Below, in pieces: positions 26,568 to 39,789 of a stretch of DNA of 64,000 nucleotides. The DNA is taken from NCBI RefSeq assembly GCF_009914755.1, contig NC_060935.1; one strand, given 5' to 3'. The position numbers were made by a program, and so were the translations under genes. The DNA is from the human T2T-CHM13v2.0 reference genome, Homo sapiens. Every line of letters starts with the position of its first letter. The stretch's first letter is position 1. The notes under the pieces are model-generated. The model ran no database searches. It was not told the DNA's origin and saw only the letters and a program-made list of their open reading frames with translations.

Positions 26568-27040
26568 TTAGTTTTCTAGTGCTGCTGCAACAAATTACCA
26601 GAAATTAGTGGCTTAAAACAACACAAATTCACATCTCATAGTTCTAGAGGTCCGAAGTCCAAAATGGATCTAACTAGGCTAAAATCAAGCTATTGGTAGG
26701 AGCTGCATTCTTTTCTGGAGGCTCGAGACCCCATTGCCTTAAGTTTTCCAGATTCTAGAGGTTTCTAAGATTCTTTGACTCATGGGCTTCAAAGTCAGCA
26801 ATGGCTGGTTCAGTCTTTATCACATTACATCACTCTTAATACTCCCCTCTGCCTTCTGCCACTTACAAGGACCCTTGTGATTACATTGGGCTCATCTGGA
26901 TGATCCTGAATATTTTCCCCATCTCAAGGTTGAGTAGAAACCTTAATTCCATCTTTAACCTTAATTCCCTCTTGCCATGTAACAGCATATTCATAGGTTC
27001 TGGGTATTAGGACGTGAACCTTTTGAGGCATGGCATTCTG
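26568..27040 (+). mobile_element. MLT1 (MaLR) LTR
   Basis: TTAGTTTTCTA..GCTGC..CAACAAATTACCA..TAGTGGCTTAAAACAACACAAATT; GACCCTTGTGATTACATTGGG; GGTTCTGGG.ATTAGGAC. Confidence 0.75.
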
Positions 27041-30000
27041 CATGTGAAGCTGTGGAAAGTATTTGGAAATACTAAGTATTTGGAAGTGTTGGACTTTTTT
27101 CCTAATACCGAGCCAAAATGTATCCGCTTCTGACTTTCACCTACATACAGATTTTTGTTTTGCCATGCCGAAAACACGTGGCAATCCTTGAACTATTTGT
27201 TTTACAAACTGTGAATTTACGGTGGTATTTTTTCTCTGAGCTTGGTAGAAACTGTAGTTTTATAAAACTAAACAACTATTTGGATTACTGTAAACTATAT
27301 AAATTAAGTACATTTATTGAACTGTTTCGTCTTTCACACAAATATCTTTAAAAATTTGTCAGTCGGAACTACCTTTGGAGTTTTAATTTCCTTAAGAGGT
27401 GCTGGCAGCATTTTTATGAGCTATGACATAGGCCATTTTCTTAGCACTTTCTAGAATTTCTCATTCACTTCTCACATAACCTAGTAAAGTTGGCATCATC
27501 TGCATTTAGTTGGACAAAAACACCAAGGCTTAGAGAAATTGAGTCTCCTAAAGACATGTAACTGTGTTGATGAACTGAAGTGCATGTATATATTTATATA
27601 CATATATTAATTTGTTTAACAAATCTTTAATTTGTATCATTCTCTCAACAGATTTATTGAGAATGCAGAGACTATCTTTTTTACCACTTACATTATTGAA
27701 GAATGAGTGAAGAAATTAGCATCTATTAGGTGCCAGGCACGTGGTAGCCTGCTTGGGAAGTAGTGGCCAGCTGAATCAAACAGATTCTCAGTATTTGCCA
27801 CATGGCACATTTAATCATACTTAGCTCCTGGACATGCAATCCAAAATTCTATATAGGGCTGATCCTTAAGGTATTTATAGTCTCTTTGGGGACATAAACA
27901 ATAAAGGTATGATTTCAATAGTGTATACAGTAAGCTCAGAGGGGGTAAGTTTGAAATGATCAGGAAATAATATATAAGGAAGCTTCTTAGAGGAAGAGGT
28001 GACAGCCCTTACAGGCTGAAGGAACAGCAGAAACAAAGACCCAGAGACCAGAGTGATCATTATATAATTGACACAGCATCTGTAAACAGTTTTTCAACCT
28101 ACTCTAGACAGTTAACTTCAGAGAGTTTAAATTGTGGTCCTTTCAGAGTAGGTAGCATGATTTGGAATATAATTGGTAAGATGTTAATTAATAGTATTGG
28201 TTTTAAGTTGTCTCTGAAGAATAACATGTTGAATTTAAAATAACCTGTGAATAGAAAAATAACTGAGGTTCAATCTTGGTGGCGATTTGCCTAGTATATA
28301 ATTATAGGCAATACATATTATAGATGTTCAATAAACATATCTAAGGAAGCTGGTAATCTAGGAAGTTATAAAAGAACACTAGAGCCTACAGTAGGATTCC
28401 AAGTTGGCAGCCAGGGAACTGACCCACATTGTTTTAGCAGAAAAACTTATGGCAAAATTTTAAAATCAGGAGACTTTACAGAGAAATCTAGATTTTTGTT
28501 CTCTCTTTAAAATTGATAGTTAAATCCTATGTGGTGACAATTATCTAACACTGAGTAATGATTGTTCTTTTTAGGTAGGAAATTGCTTCCTACTTTGTCA
28601 CTATGCCGCCTACTCTGTATTACATCTTAGCAAGGCTGAATGTCCCTTGGTATTTGCATCACCTCTAGTTGTCATTTTTTTTTCTTGTACTCTTATCTCT
28701 ACGGAAGGCAGAAGACAAAAGACCAAGAAAAATGGGAGAAAGCAGATATTGTGTATATGTGTAAAGGAGGAAAATGCTTATCCATTTAATATGAAAATAA
28801 AGGATGTCAGAATCTAAAGAAAAAACCTGAAGATGCTAGTCCTCTTCTCTCACCTGCCTGTTTTTTGTAGGCATCTGAGTTTTTGACAGCAGTGCTATAA
28901 CAAGGAGAGAGGGAACTTCTTTGATAGAGTTAATGGTATGGTATTTCTGCCAAAACACGGATACTCTTTTAGGCCTGGTTCTTATTAAGTGCTTATACAC
29001 TGATAAGATTGATATTCTCCTTTGAATTCTCATTTAACTGTGGAAACAGAAACATGTAGAATAGCTCTAGTAAAAGTAGGATTTATTAAAAGGATAGAAC
29101 ATCACTTATAAAATGCTGCAGGGCCATGGGGAAACCATAATTATTCCATCTATTTCTTCTAGGGCTCATATTATTTGTCTTCTTTCTCTTATTTACTTTG
29201 TTTTCCTGTACAGACTTGGAATTATCAATCTGTTTACTCCTGGCTTTTCTTTCTCAGTGTCAGCTTGCCTTGCCTCAGTGGTGATTCAGGCCTTTATGCA
29301 CGATGCGCTGTCAGTTTTGTTTAAGTGCTCACCATCATTTCTGTAATCTCCTTTCAAATTCCTTGAATAGAGAAACTGACGGACCCAAAGTAGACCAGTT
29401 GTGCTACAGGGCATGCAAGGCTGATTCTTTCGAAGGCTACGATTTGGACATTTTCTTTAAGAAAGTAGTTGAGAATCAATGATTGACATTTCTGTTGCTA
29501 TGACCATCTGACTAAAATAGGCCAGTAATGCAGTATTTTATTTTATTTTATTTATTTTAATTGTTTCTGCGCTAAGTAATGACCAAGCAAAGTGTATCAT
29601 CTAAGCAAAGCACTTCTAGGCTACTCAGCTGAGATGTTTGCCCATCCAAAGAAAATAGGACAGGGGTAAATGAGATCTTACTACAGGCAGCAACAGGAGG
29701 GACTAAGAAGATTTAGATGATCAGGAAATACTTTGTATATGTTTACCTTGTTTTAAAGGATTTTATTCTGTCTATGAAAGCAGGGTATTAGAAGTAGCCA
29801 TCACATACTGAGCTCTCACTATATTTGCATTACTTCTAACCATCATAAAAACCCTGCAAAGGTTTGCCAGGTTTCACAGGAGAAGAAATAGACTCAGAGA
29901 GGTTTTAGCATTTTACCCAAGGTTAGTGGATAAGTGGATGACCACTTTGGAACTGTGCACGTGATGACATCCAGAGGAAGAAGAGAGGACCTTTCTTCTT

Positions 30001-30797
30001 GGATGTCTTTTTTGCAGAACAAGAAACATCTTCTGTTACCACAGCAGAATTTTCTTATATTGTATTGACCAGAATTGGGTCGTATGCCCTTTCTTAAGTT
30101 AGGCACTGGCTTGACTTCACTGTGTGAAAAATGGATAGACTTTGGCTAATCAAGGGGATGGGTGTGGAATCACTAACTCTGAGTACATATGCACAAGAAA
30201 AGTATATTGCTGAACAAAGTTGAGCTACCAGCAAGAAAGAAATTTGGGGATAGGTTTGGGAATAATAAGTAGCATTTGTTGAGAGCTTACTATATACTAT
30301 GCACCCTTGTAAGCACTTTACATGAATCAGCTCATTTAATGCTCACAACTAATACTATACTCTGGTAGATAGTTCAGGTTTCAACCCAGATCTGACACCA
30401 ATGCCTGTTTCCTTAACCATAGTCTACCTCAGTATCAAGTGATAGCTTGATTATAGATTTCAGCAGAACAGTGTCAGCATGCTGACGTTTTAAAGTTCAC
30501 CGTGTGTACATCCTAAATGAACATTTTTGCTTTTTTTAAAAAAATGAAATCAGACATAGTAATAACCGCATTGTAGACTAGCATTTCTGTGACAGCCTGT
30601 CATTTTAGAACAATTAAGGACACCAAAATTCTTGACTACGTGTAAGGGTGGCAGGACTATTTAAGAGAGTTAGAGTATATATTGACTTCTCCTATCTGTA
30701 AATTTCTAAGGTGATGTACTCTTAAATATACCTTCTTGTTGTTGTCTTGAGCTTAATTTGCCTTTTACGACAAAATGTGTAAATTCCCAAAGTATCG

Positions 30798-30798
<1 letters not shown>

Positions 30799-30842
<44 letters not shown>
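30799..30842. repeat. (TG)22 microsatellite
   Basis: Uninterrupted TG run; shorter runs at ~39759 and ~47410. Confidence 0.95.
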
Positions 30843-30847
<5 letters not shown>

Positions 30848-32179
30848 ATTCTTTTGCTAGGCTGTAAATGGAATGGTAATTTCTTTTGGCTCTTCTCCCA
30901 AGATGGCAAAGTAAAGTGAAATTCATGTAGAATTTTAATTTTATAGTTTAATACCAAGAAGGCCAGTATTCCAAGCTGAAATCTCTTCTAAAATGTTTGG
31001 TTTATTTCATTCAAAGGAAATGCATTCTACACCATATGCTATCTAAAAATTCTGGCTAACCTCTTTTCTAATGTGCCATTGGATACTAAGTAGAAGTATA
31101 ATAATATAGAATCAGCAGATTCTATGAACAAGATGGGGTATATGGTGATTCATTTTTTTGGTAGGCAGTACATTTACTATAGCTAGTGATCTGCTTGATA
31201 TCTTTCTGTTACTGTATAAATCAAGGACTTTATTATATGAAACATTCCTAGGGAAAAATTAGGATCAGCAAATGTATAATTCAGGAGAGATTTCTTGGGA
31301 ATATATTAGCCCTGGTTTTTGGAGGGGAACAAATCTGTTAAACTATAAAAGCTATACCACTAACTTCTTCAGGAAAGTGCATACATACACAATTTTATAT
31401 ATAATTCTGAGTCCAGAGGACTCAGATCTCCCTGTAATTTGTCTGTAAATACCACCTAGTCTAGAGACTATTTCCATAAACATTTTGGTCATTTCCTAGC
31501 TTTTTTTTGGATAATAGCCATCCTAATAGATATTAAGTAATACTAGTACAGATTTTTTTGTTGTTGTTTTCCAGTGTTCATCAGGTAGAATCTCAGCTCT
31601 CATAATTCTTTGATGGTCTAATGGCATTTTTATCTACTACTGTCTAGTACTTGTGTATTTATCTTCTCATCTAAATTTTAATCCTTTTGAGGTCGAGAAT
31701 CTGGTTTGGTCTAGGGCTAGGATAACAAGTGTTCAGTAGGCATTTGTTGAATGCCTGATTTGGCTTTTAGCTTTGGAAGTGAATAGTATGAGCACTGAAG
31801 GTAAAACATTTGCCAGTGATTTTAATGAGAGGTTGGTTTTCAAATATGAAATGTAGTTAGAATAGAGATCAAGAATTAGTGTACTTTAGTCATGAGAACA
31901 CTGCTGAATAAGGTAAAGGAGAGAGTAAAAAGGGAACCTTCAAGTTTAGGCTGGGAAGGTGAAAGGAACCTGTGAATGCATCTCTCATTACTCCAAGAAG
32001 GAACTGTGATATTCTACAATATTGTGACATCTTACAATGTAATAGGATATTGTGATACATCTAGCCAGCTATCTGGATGCCTCCAGAATATACCCTCTTA
32101 ATTGTTTCTATGCTGCCCATCAAAAATAAATAACTAACATTTTTGAGACTTATTCTTTGCCAAGTCCCATGTGTTACCT

Positions 32180-32462
32180 TCTTTCTTTCTTTCTATTTTT
32201 TTAGATGGAGCCTTACTCTGTTGCCCAGACTGGAGTGCAGTGGGGCGGTCTCGGCTCACTGCAACCTCTGCCTCCCGGTTTCAGGCCTCCCAAGTAGCTG
32301 GGACTATAGGCATGTGCCACCAAGCCTAATTTTTGTATTTTTAGTAAAGACGGGCTTTCACCATGTTGTCCTGGCTGGTCTTGAACTTCTGACCTAATGT
32401 GATCCACCCGCCTCAGCCTCCCAAAGTGCTGGGATTACAGGCATGAGCCACTGCTCCCGGCC
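32180..32462 (-). mobile_element. AluS with small internal deletions
   Basis: T-rich tail then ACTCTGTTGCCCAGACTGGAGTGCAGTGG...CCCAAAGTGCTGGGATTACAGGC. Confidence 0.9.
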
Positions 32463-33682
32463 TACCTTATTTCTTTACAAAAATCTATTTATGGCACCAT
32501 TTTAGAGAAGAGGAAACAGACATAGATAGAATAAATAACTTGTAGGTGGTGGATCTGAAATTTGAGCCTAGGCAGTTTGATTCCAGTACCTATTCTCTAA
32601 ATCACTGTGGTATTCTGCTTCTCCTTGAGTTTTTTTAAATTAAATATTTAAATAATAAAATATTTCATTTAGCACAATAGTACATGCATATAGTTTAGAT
32701 AATACTGAAAGGCTTGTAACAGTACAGTGGATCTCTGCCCCATCTCACCCAACTTTCCCAGTCTTCCTTAGAAGTAACTAGTTTTGTCTCTTAACTTTCT
32801 TCTGGCATTTGCCCATCTCTCTGTTTCTATTTTAGCCGTTTTCTGTGGATGACTGCCGGTCAGTGCCGCCCTCTGTTTTCCCTCCCCAGTGAAATTATTT
32901 TGTAATTCTTGGTCAAATATTCAGTGTTTACATTAAACAAATATTATGCACAATTGAGGATTGTCCCATATTTTGTTTGTTAGCTTTCTTTTTGCTGCAG
33001 TTATTGCTGCCCTTTAAATTTTTAGTTAGTTTTTTCTGTGATAATTTCTAATTTATCTCACGGTATGTAATAGCTTCTCCACACAGTTTTCTGTAATGTC
33101 AGCCACATCAGATACTTTCTCACTTAACTTATTTTTGCAGTTTTTATATATCCTCAGCTATGTAGATTGAACTTCAAGCTCTTCTTTTTGCCCTCTGCAG
33201 AGAAAACAAGCTTCAGTCTTCTGTTGAATGAGGGTAGGGTTGTTACCTACCACTGGATTAAGAGAGGGGATCCAGGTATCTAGCTACTTTTCAAACAGCA
33301 GCCACCCAAATCCTCCCTGGCTTAGGATACAGCTTTCTAGGGTCTCTTTAATTGATTATTACGTATCTATTTACTTTTCTGCTTCCAAAATTGTATGCTG
33401 TTATTCCTTTTCTCTGTGTCCTTGTGGGTTTCTGTTTAAAATTAACAAAAACAAACAGCACATTTTTAAACTTAGTGTTAGTTAAGTTTGAAAGAGGAAG
33501 TAAGATTGGATAAATTTATTGTAGACATGTATGAAAATGTAGGTTATCAGAAATAAAAGAAATAAAAAGCCCTTATAGTAATATCACTAGCTAGAATGAC
33601 TACTATTGTCATTTTGGAGTATTTCATTTCAATCTTTGTATGTGTACAAGCTGGGCAGGTAGTAATTGGATGATGCCATATA

Positions 33683-33918
33683 CAGGTTTGAGCATCTCTA
33701 ATCTGAAAATCTGACATCCAAAGCTTTTTGAGCACTGACATGATGCTCAGAGGTGATGCTCAAAGGAATGTTCATTGTAGCATTTGGGATTTTGGACTTT
33801 GAGATTAGGGATGCTCAACCAGTAAGAATAATGAATGCAAATATTCCAAAATCTGAAAAAATCTGAAATTAAGAACTCTTATAGTCCCAAGCATTTCTGA
33901 TAAGGCATACTCAACCTA
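33683..33918. mobile_element. Tigger4a-like DNA transposon (MITE)
   Basis: TA-flanked terminal inverted repeats CAGGTTTGAGCATC / ATACTCAACCT and internal TCTGAAAATCTGA repeats. Confidence 0.75.
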
Positions 33919-36900
33919 TATATTGCTTATGGGTTATCTTTTTTATGTTTGTTAGCATGCCAAGACCTGTAAATGCTGTTTTCACACAAACTGTTGTGCA
34001 TTCATTTTCTGTTGTGGTCCATTGACATTTTCAGTCTATTTTTACTCCAGTACCACACCAAAATAACTATTTGAACAAAGAAGACTTATATGACAAACGA
34101 TCCTTTAAAACAAAAAATACTATAACTGCCTTTATTCCAAGTGTTAATATTACTCTGTGCCTAGTGCTGATTTTTAAATTACTTTTACTTTATTCTGCCT
34201 TATTTCATCCAGCCTGCAGATGGCAGAATTGTTTCATTTGAACAGCAATTTTGAAGGCTCCGTTTTATTTAGTGTGTTCTGACATTGGAATGAGAAGTGA
34301 TTAAATGAACAGTCTCTCTCCCTATTAGAGAAGAAGCAAATTAATGTTAGAGACAGGGAGCCACACTAAGAAAGTACTGGATAATTTACTTTTTCATTTG
34401 GTCTATCTTCATTTCATGATTTTTGCATGCTTGGATTATAAATGAACTAGAGCCTATAAATGAACTAGAGCATGATGTTTAAGCTGTACCATATGTAAAC
34501 TGCTGAATTCCCTTAATTACTTTAGTCAGAGTAATGGAGCTTAAATCTGCTTCATATTAACCATAAAGCAGTTTGTTCTGCATTTGTATTTTAAGAGTTT
34601 GCTTGTATTAAATTTTTTTTTAATCTAGAGACCTTTTAGCATTCATGAATCAATCATCAATTTAAAGCTTTGATATAATTGAGTTTGCTGAAGTATGAGC
34701 ATTTTGTTCTTAGGATAAAAGAAATACTTTAGGGAAGAAGAAACTAGAATTAGATTAGTGTACCATATTTGAAATTGAAGTCAGAATTATGCTGTAGAAA
34801 AATTGGAAGAGCCCATTTGAGGAAATACAGGAATTGCTTAGAGGGATTACTGTAAAATTCAGTGATTGGTAAATTGCTCATGTAGCAGAAATGGCAGGGA
34901 AAACAGCAATAAGCTAAGCAAAAAATTTTAATGTATTGTGTCATTCTGTTGATGTAAAAAAAAGAGTAAAATAGTTATGAGTCATGAGACTTTACTTTTA
35001 AAATCAGCAAGTTTAAATATAAAGTACTGGACCACATACATTACAATAGTCATTTAAAAATTTTTAAAAATGTTTTGTAACTGCTGTGGAAGGGTAGACT
35101 TCACAAGCCAATTAGATATAATTTGCTAGCTTTATAAGAAGGAGCAGAACACTGAAGTGACTACAAAAGCGTTAAATTTTAACTAAATTTTGAGAACTTT
35201 GTGAATACTAATTGAAAAACTTCTGTAATGAGTGCAGCAAACTACTTACCTGTAGTTGTGGGAAACTAATAGTAGGAAACGTAATTGGTGCATATCTTAA
35301 GGCCTTCTTAATTTGACAAGAGAATGGTAGAATGTACAGCTTACTGGAATAAGGAGGGAGTCTGCATATAAGTTCAAATGCAAATTAATTAATATTAGGT
35401 AAAGGATAAAATTCCATTCCAAGGAGTCTAGAAAAGTCTACACTATCTTAGTAGAGTTGACAGCAGCCATAAAGGGCAGATATTAATTATGTGCAGGCCT
35501 GTCACTTCAAGCTTATCTTACGATTGTGTAATTACTTTCCCATCAGAAAAATACGTCTGGAAAAGATACCATATAGTGTTCTAATCAAAAGAGGGTATGC
35601 TAGAATGAAATATGTACTTTTATTAACACATTAATGCTTATGAAATGATTTTTCTAGCATGAAAGCCTGAGGATAGATTAGTTAGAATAACTACAAAATA
35701 TATTGCACATTTAACTCTCCGTAATAAGCGAGTGTAATCTATCAAGAGATAGTATTGAATAATGGAGATGTCCAAAATATCTTTCTTTGGTTTTTGTCAC
35801 CTTCATTTCAGAGTAAAGATAATGATCTACTACAGAATTTTTGTATTATCATAATTCAGATAAGCAATTTCAATTCATTTCATGAAGGGTGACTAAGGAA
35901 CGATTATGTTCTTTTTATTTTTAAAATATGAAAATTTTTGAGGTTCTTGATGTGGTAACTTGAAAGATAATAATAAATGCAGAGGTTTCATAATATAGTC
36001 CTTAATGTCAAGAGTAATGGAAATGTGAAGGTCTCTTAGGTGAGAGATTATAGCAGGAGATAGAATCATAAAATAAATGTGAATTGTGTCGTGACAACTG
36101 GAACCAAAGCATACAAATATTGGAGAGAGACTTTAAGAGAATTAAGTTAGTATTTGTCGTAAATTGGAATCTGGCTATAGAAGCATTGAGGTCCATTTAG
36201 TTGCTTCTTTGAAATGGAACTCTTTGATATATAAATGTAATATGTATATATTTATGAAATATTCTGTTCATAATGCCTGGCTTGAACTTTTTGATAGAAA
36301 GAACACATTGGGACTTTTTTTTTTTTTAAGCCTTTGTTTTCGAAAAGAGGCTGGCCTCTTACCGTGGTGCTATTTAAAAGATAAGAGGTTTTTTTTGCCC
36401 ACCCCCCTCCTTTTTTTTTTTTTTCCCCAGAACAAGTGAGTTTGTTATTCTGAGCTTAACAAAATAAATGCTGAGGCTCAGGCTGACAGTACATTCTTTA
36501 AGCAACTGTTTTTGATTTTTTCATCAAGCCATGTAAAAAAGAAAAAGGCAGTAGACACACCACATAGTGTAGAGGATTAGAAAGCTCATTCTGTTATCTC
36601 CAAATGCATTCAGTGTGTTAAGCTTTATGCACGTTTTAAGAATTCTTGCAATTAAGTGTAGGATTGTTATGGTTTGGATTTGGAGATGCATCACTAATGT
36701 TATAAGTTTTCCTGTGTGTAAGAGAGTATGTGTGTATGTGTGTTTTCCAAGTGCACTTCCCTAATTTTAGTTCACTCAAGAATTTAGTTCTCCAGCATTT
36801 TATAGACAAAACATTATGGTTGTATTTAGTAGTTTGCATTATTTTTTACCTATTTAATATTTTAATCACAAGGACTTATTTTACTAAGTAAAAAATGCAA

Positions 36901-37179
36901 AGATTTTGAAAGCTATCTTCTAGTTATAATTTAGCATTTCAACTAGAGGTAGCTTGGGAATTCAGTGAAACTGTTTCAGCTACAGTTATTGAGAGTCATG
37001 GTGGACTGGAGTTGGATGGCTTTGTTCTTCAGTGTCTTCCAAAATAACGGTGTTTCGTAATTAGGAGTTAGGAAACTCATTGTGGCTATTTTTCCTCCTG
37101 TTTTTCAATATATAATGCACTTAGAGATAACCTGTTCTCTTACGCATTTGAAATATTCATTGTCAGTAGTAAAAGTGGT

Positions 37180-37425
37180 ATTTTTGTTTTGTTTTTCTCA
37201 GGCAGAGTCTTGGTCTGTTGCCCATGCTGGAGTGCAGTGATCTTGGCTCACTGCAACCGTCTCCTCCCAGATTCGAGTGATTCTCATGCCTCAGCCCCCC
37301 AGATAGCTGGGATTACAGGCGTGTGCCATCACGCCTGGCTAATTTTTAAATTTTAATAGAGTGGGGTTTCGCCATGTTGGCCAGGCTGGTCTCAAACTCC
37401 TGGCCTCAAATCTGCCCACCTCGGC
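37180..37425 (-). mobile_element. Alu (5'-truncated)
   Basis: Alu right arm and part of left arm; AAAAGTGGT direct repeat on both sides. Confidence 0.88.
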
Positions 37426-39302
37426 AAAAGTGGTGTTTTAATACAAGAATTCTGCATGTTCAAGGTGGGGAAAAGGCTTATAAGGATATTTGATTAGACA
37501 TATGAAGAATGCTCACATGGATCTGATATGTCTGGTTTGCTATATTTGGATTTCTGAGTGAATATAAGCTATCAATAACCATTAATTAATTGATGATCCA
37601 TATTTGTAAGGAACATTGAGATGTAAAGTTAGCACAGCTTTGAGAGTTTAGCATGAAGATTCGCATCCTGTAATCAGTCTGGATTGTGGTTTTCTCATTG
37701 ATGAAATGGGCGTGTTTGACTTGGACTTTGGTTTGGGCTGTGTCATTTTTGGGGCATTAGGAGTGATAATTCTACTTTTCCAGCCTTCTTAGAATTTGGT
37801 GCCAGTTGAGAGAGAGAAAGGGTAAGACAGATAGAGATCAAATGCTGATAGTTACATTGGATTGGAGAATGTGACTTAGATCTGTGGCCTTCTAAGACTG
37901 GGCTTCTTAGTACAACCCCACTTTAGACTTCGAACTTTCTGTTTTAGAGGGAGACTGTGTGTGTACAAAGCAAACACGCATATCCGAATTGCTGCCTCAT
38001 ACCCGGTGGGCCCTGATGGCAAGAACACAGAGAGGTGGGGCCTGTGGAGCTGCTTTTGAAAGGCAGCGCCGTGTGTGTCTAGCACGTGGATGGAGGAGCT
38101 GATAGGAAACTGCAGGTTGTCTATGATCAGGAAGTTCTTAAAATAAGGAAGAGAGTGAGGCAGGTATGCATGCTTGCATTCTTTCTCCAGACCTTCAGAG
38201 TGAAGGAAAAGTGGAGAGGTACAGAAACTTTCTCTTAAATACTTCAAAGAGGTGGAAGCGCCTTTATCACGAAGCCATAGGAAATCTCCATTTGAAAATG
38301 CAGTACAAGTTATTCAGCTTCCCAAGAGAAATATTTATTCTCGTTTAACATTAGTGCTCAATTTCCTTGCTTTTAACCCTAAAACATCAGTGGAGACAAA
38401 AGAAGCCCTGTTCTTCCACATTTGAAATATGTTAGCTATGCTACAGTGTTTTGCTTGTTTGGGTCTGGAAAGTTGAGTAATCTGAAGAGAGAATAGGGTC
38501 TATGGAAAGCTACAGGGGATGGACGTATTTGTTACCATGGTATTTTATTAGTAAATTGTAATCTAAAAGCCATGTTGCTCTTGAATGTAACCCTGGACGG
38601 TGGATTGGGAAGTGCAGCCGGACAAATACATAGTGTTTCCTTTTTCGATACCTAAGGAAAATGTAGTTATGTTTCATTGGGAGATCATTCTGGTTTGAGG
38701 TCTACTTCTCTGGATCCCCAGTTGAATTGTGGTATGCAACAAAATGTGAGGTTAATTTAACCATTTAAATTCTGATCATCCTTGACAAGGCAAACGTTTC
38801 CTTTCACACTTATTAGTAGGAACCTTTGAATCTTGAATACTATAATATTAGATGAAAATAAAAACAGCCAGTTTCTTAAAGTCTGATCTTGATTATTCTG
38901 TTGTCGATCATCAGAACCGTGTTTTTGTTGTTGTTGCTGTTTTGTTGTTGTTGTTTTATTTGCCTTTTTCTTTGGTCATTTTACCTGTAAATCTATTTTG
39001 CAGAAACAAAAGGGAAAGGAGGAGGTGAAACCTAAATCAATCCTAAATCAATTTTTCTCCTTTTTTTTTGACTTATAAGCACCTGGCTTGAGAAGATGCA
39101 TAGAACACTGGGGAATTATGAAAACAGAGTTTAAAATATCCCAAAAAACACTTTTGTGGTTATAAAAAATTGAATTTTATGTTTCCATACAATTTACTGG
39201 AGACTTAGTTTACCAGTTGGGAATCTTTTAGACTTTGGAATACCTTCTTTTTCAAATTGAATTTGACGTTAATTTACTTGAACTTATATTGATGCCTCAT
39301 GA

Positions 39303-39446
<144 letters not shown>

Positions 39447-39789
39447 TAATGTACTGTGTGCTTTGTTATTTGGTTATTTTGTTTTTTTTTTTTTTTTTCC
39501 TAATCTGTCCTGTTATACAGTATGTGATATAAATTAAATAAATTGTGTTCCTTTGGTAGTTAATGTAAGTTTGGTTGAATAAAATTTTCCCATGATAAAG
39601 CAGCAAAGGTTTTCTGGGTTCAGCATATATCCTTACACAAGCACAGAATGGTAAAAAATATTTTAAGGCTTTTTCCCCAACTTTTAGTCCTTATGCCTAG
39701 CTTTTAGTTTCAACATCATAGTTTTGACATTCTCCTTAATTTATAACTTTATCATGATTGTGTGTGTGTGTGTGTGTGTGTGTGTTCTG

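Noticed and set aside
34437-34471. TATAAATGAACTAGAGC twice; similar tiny duplications at ~39031 and ~63151
   Set aside because: Ordinary short slippage duplications with no further structure
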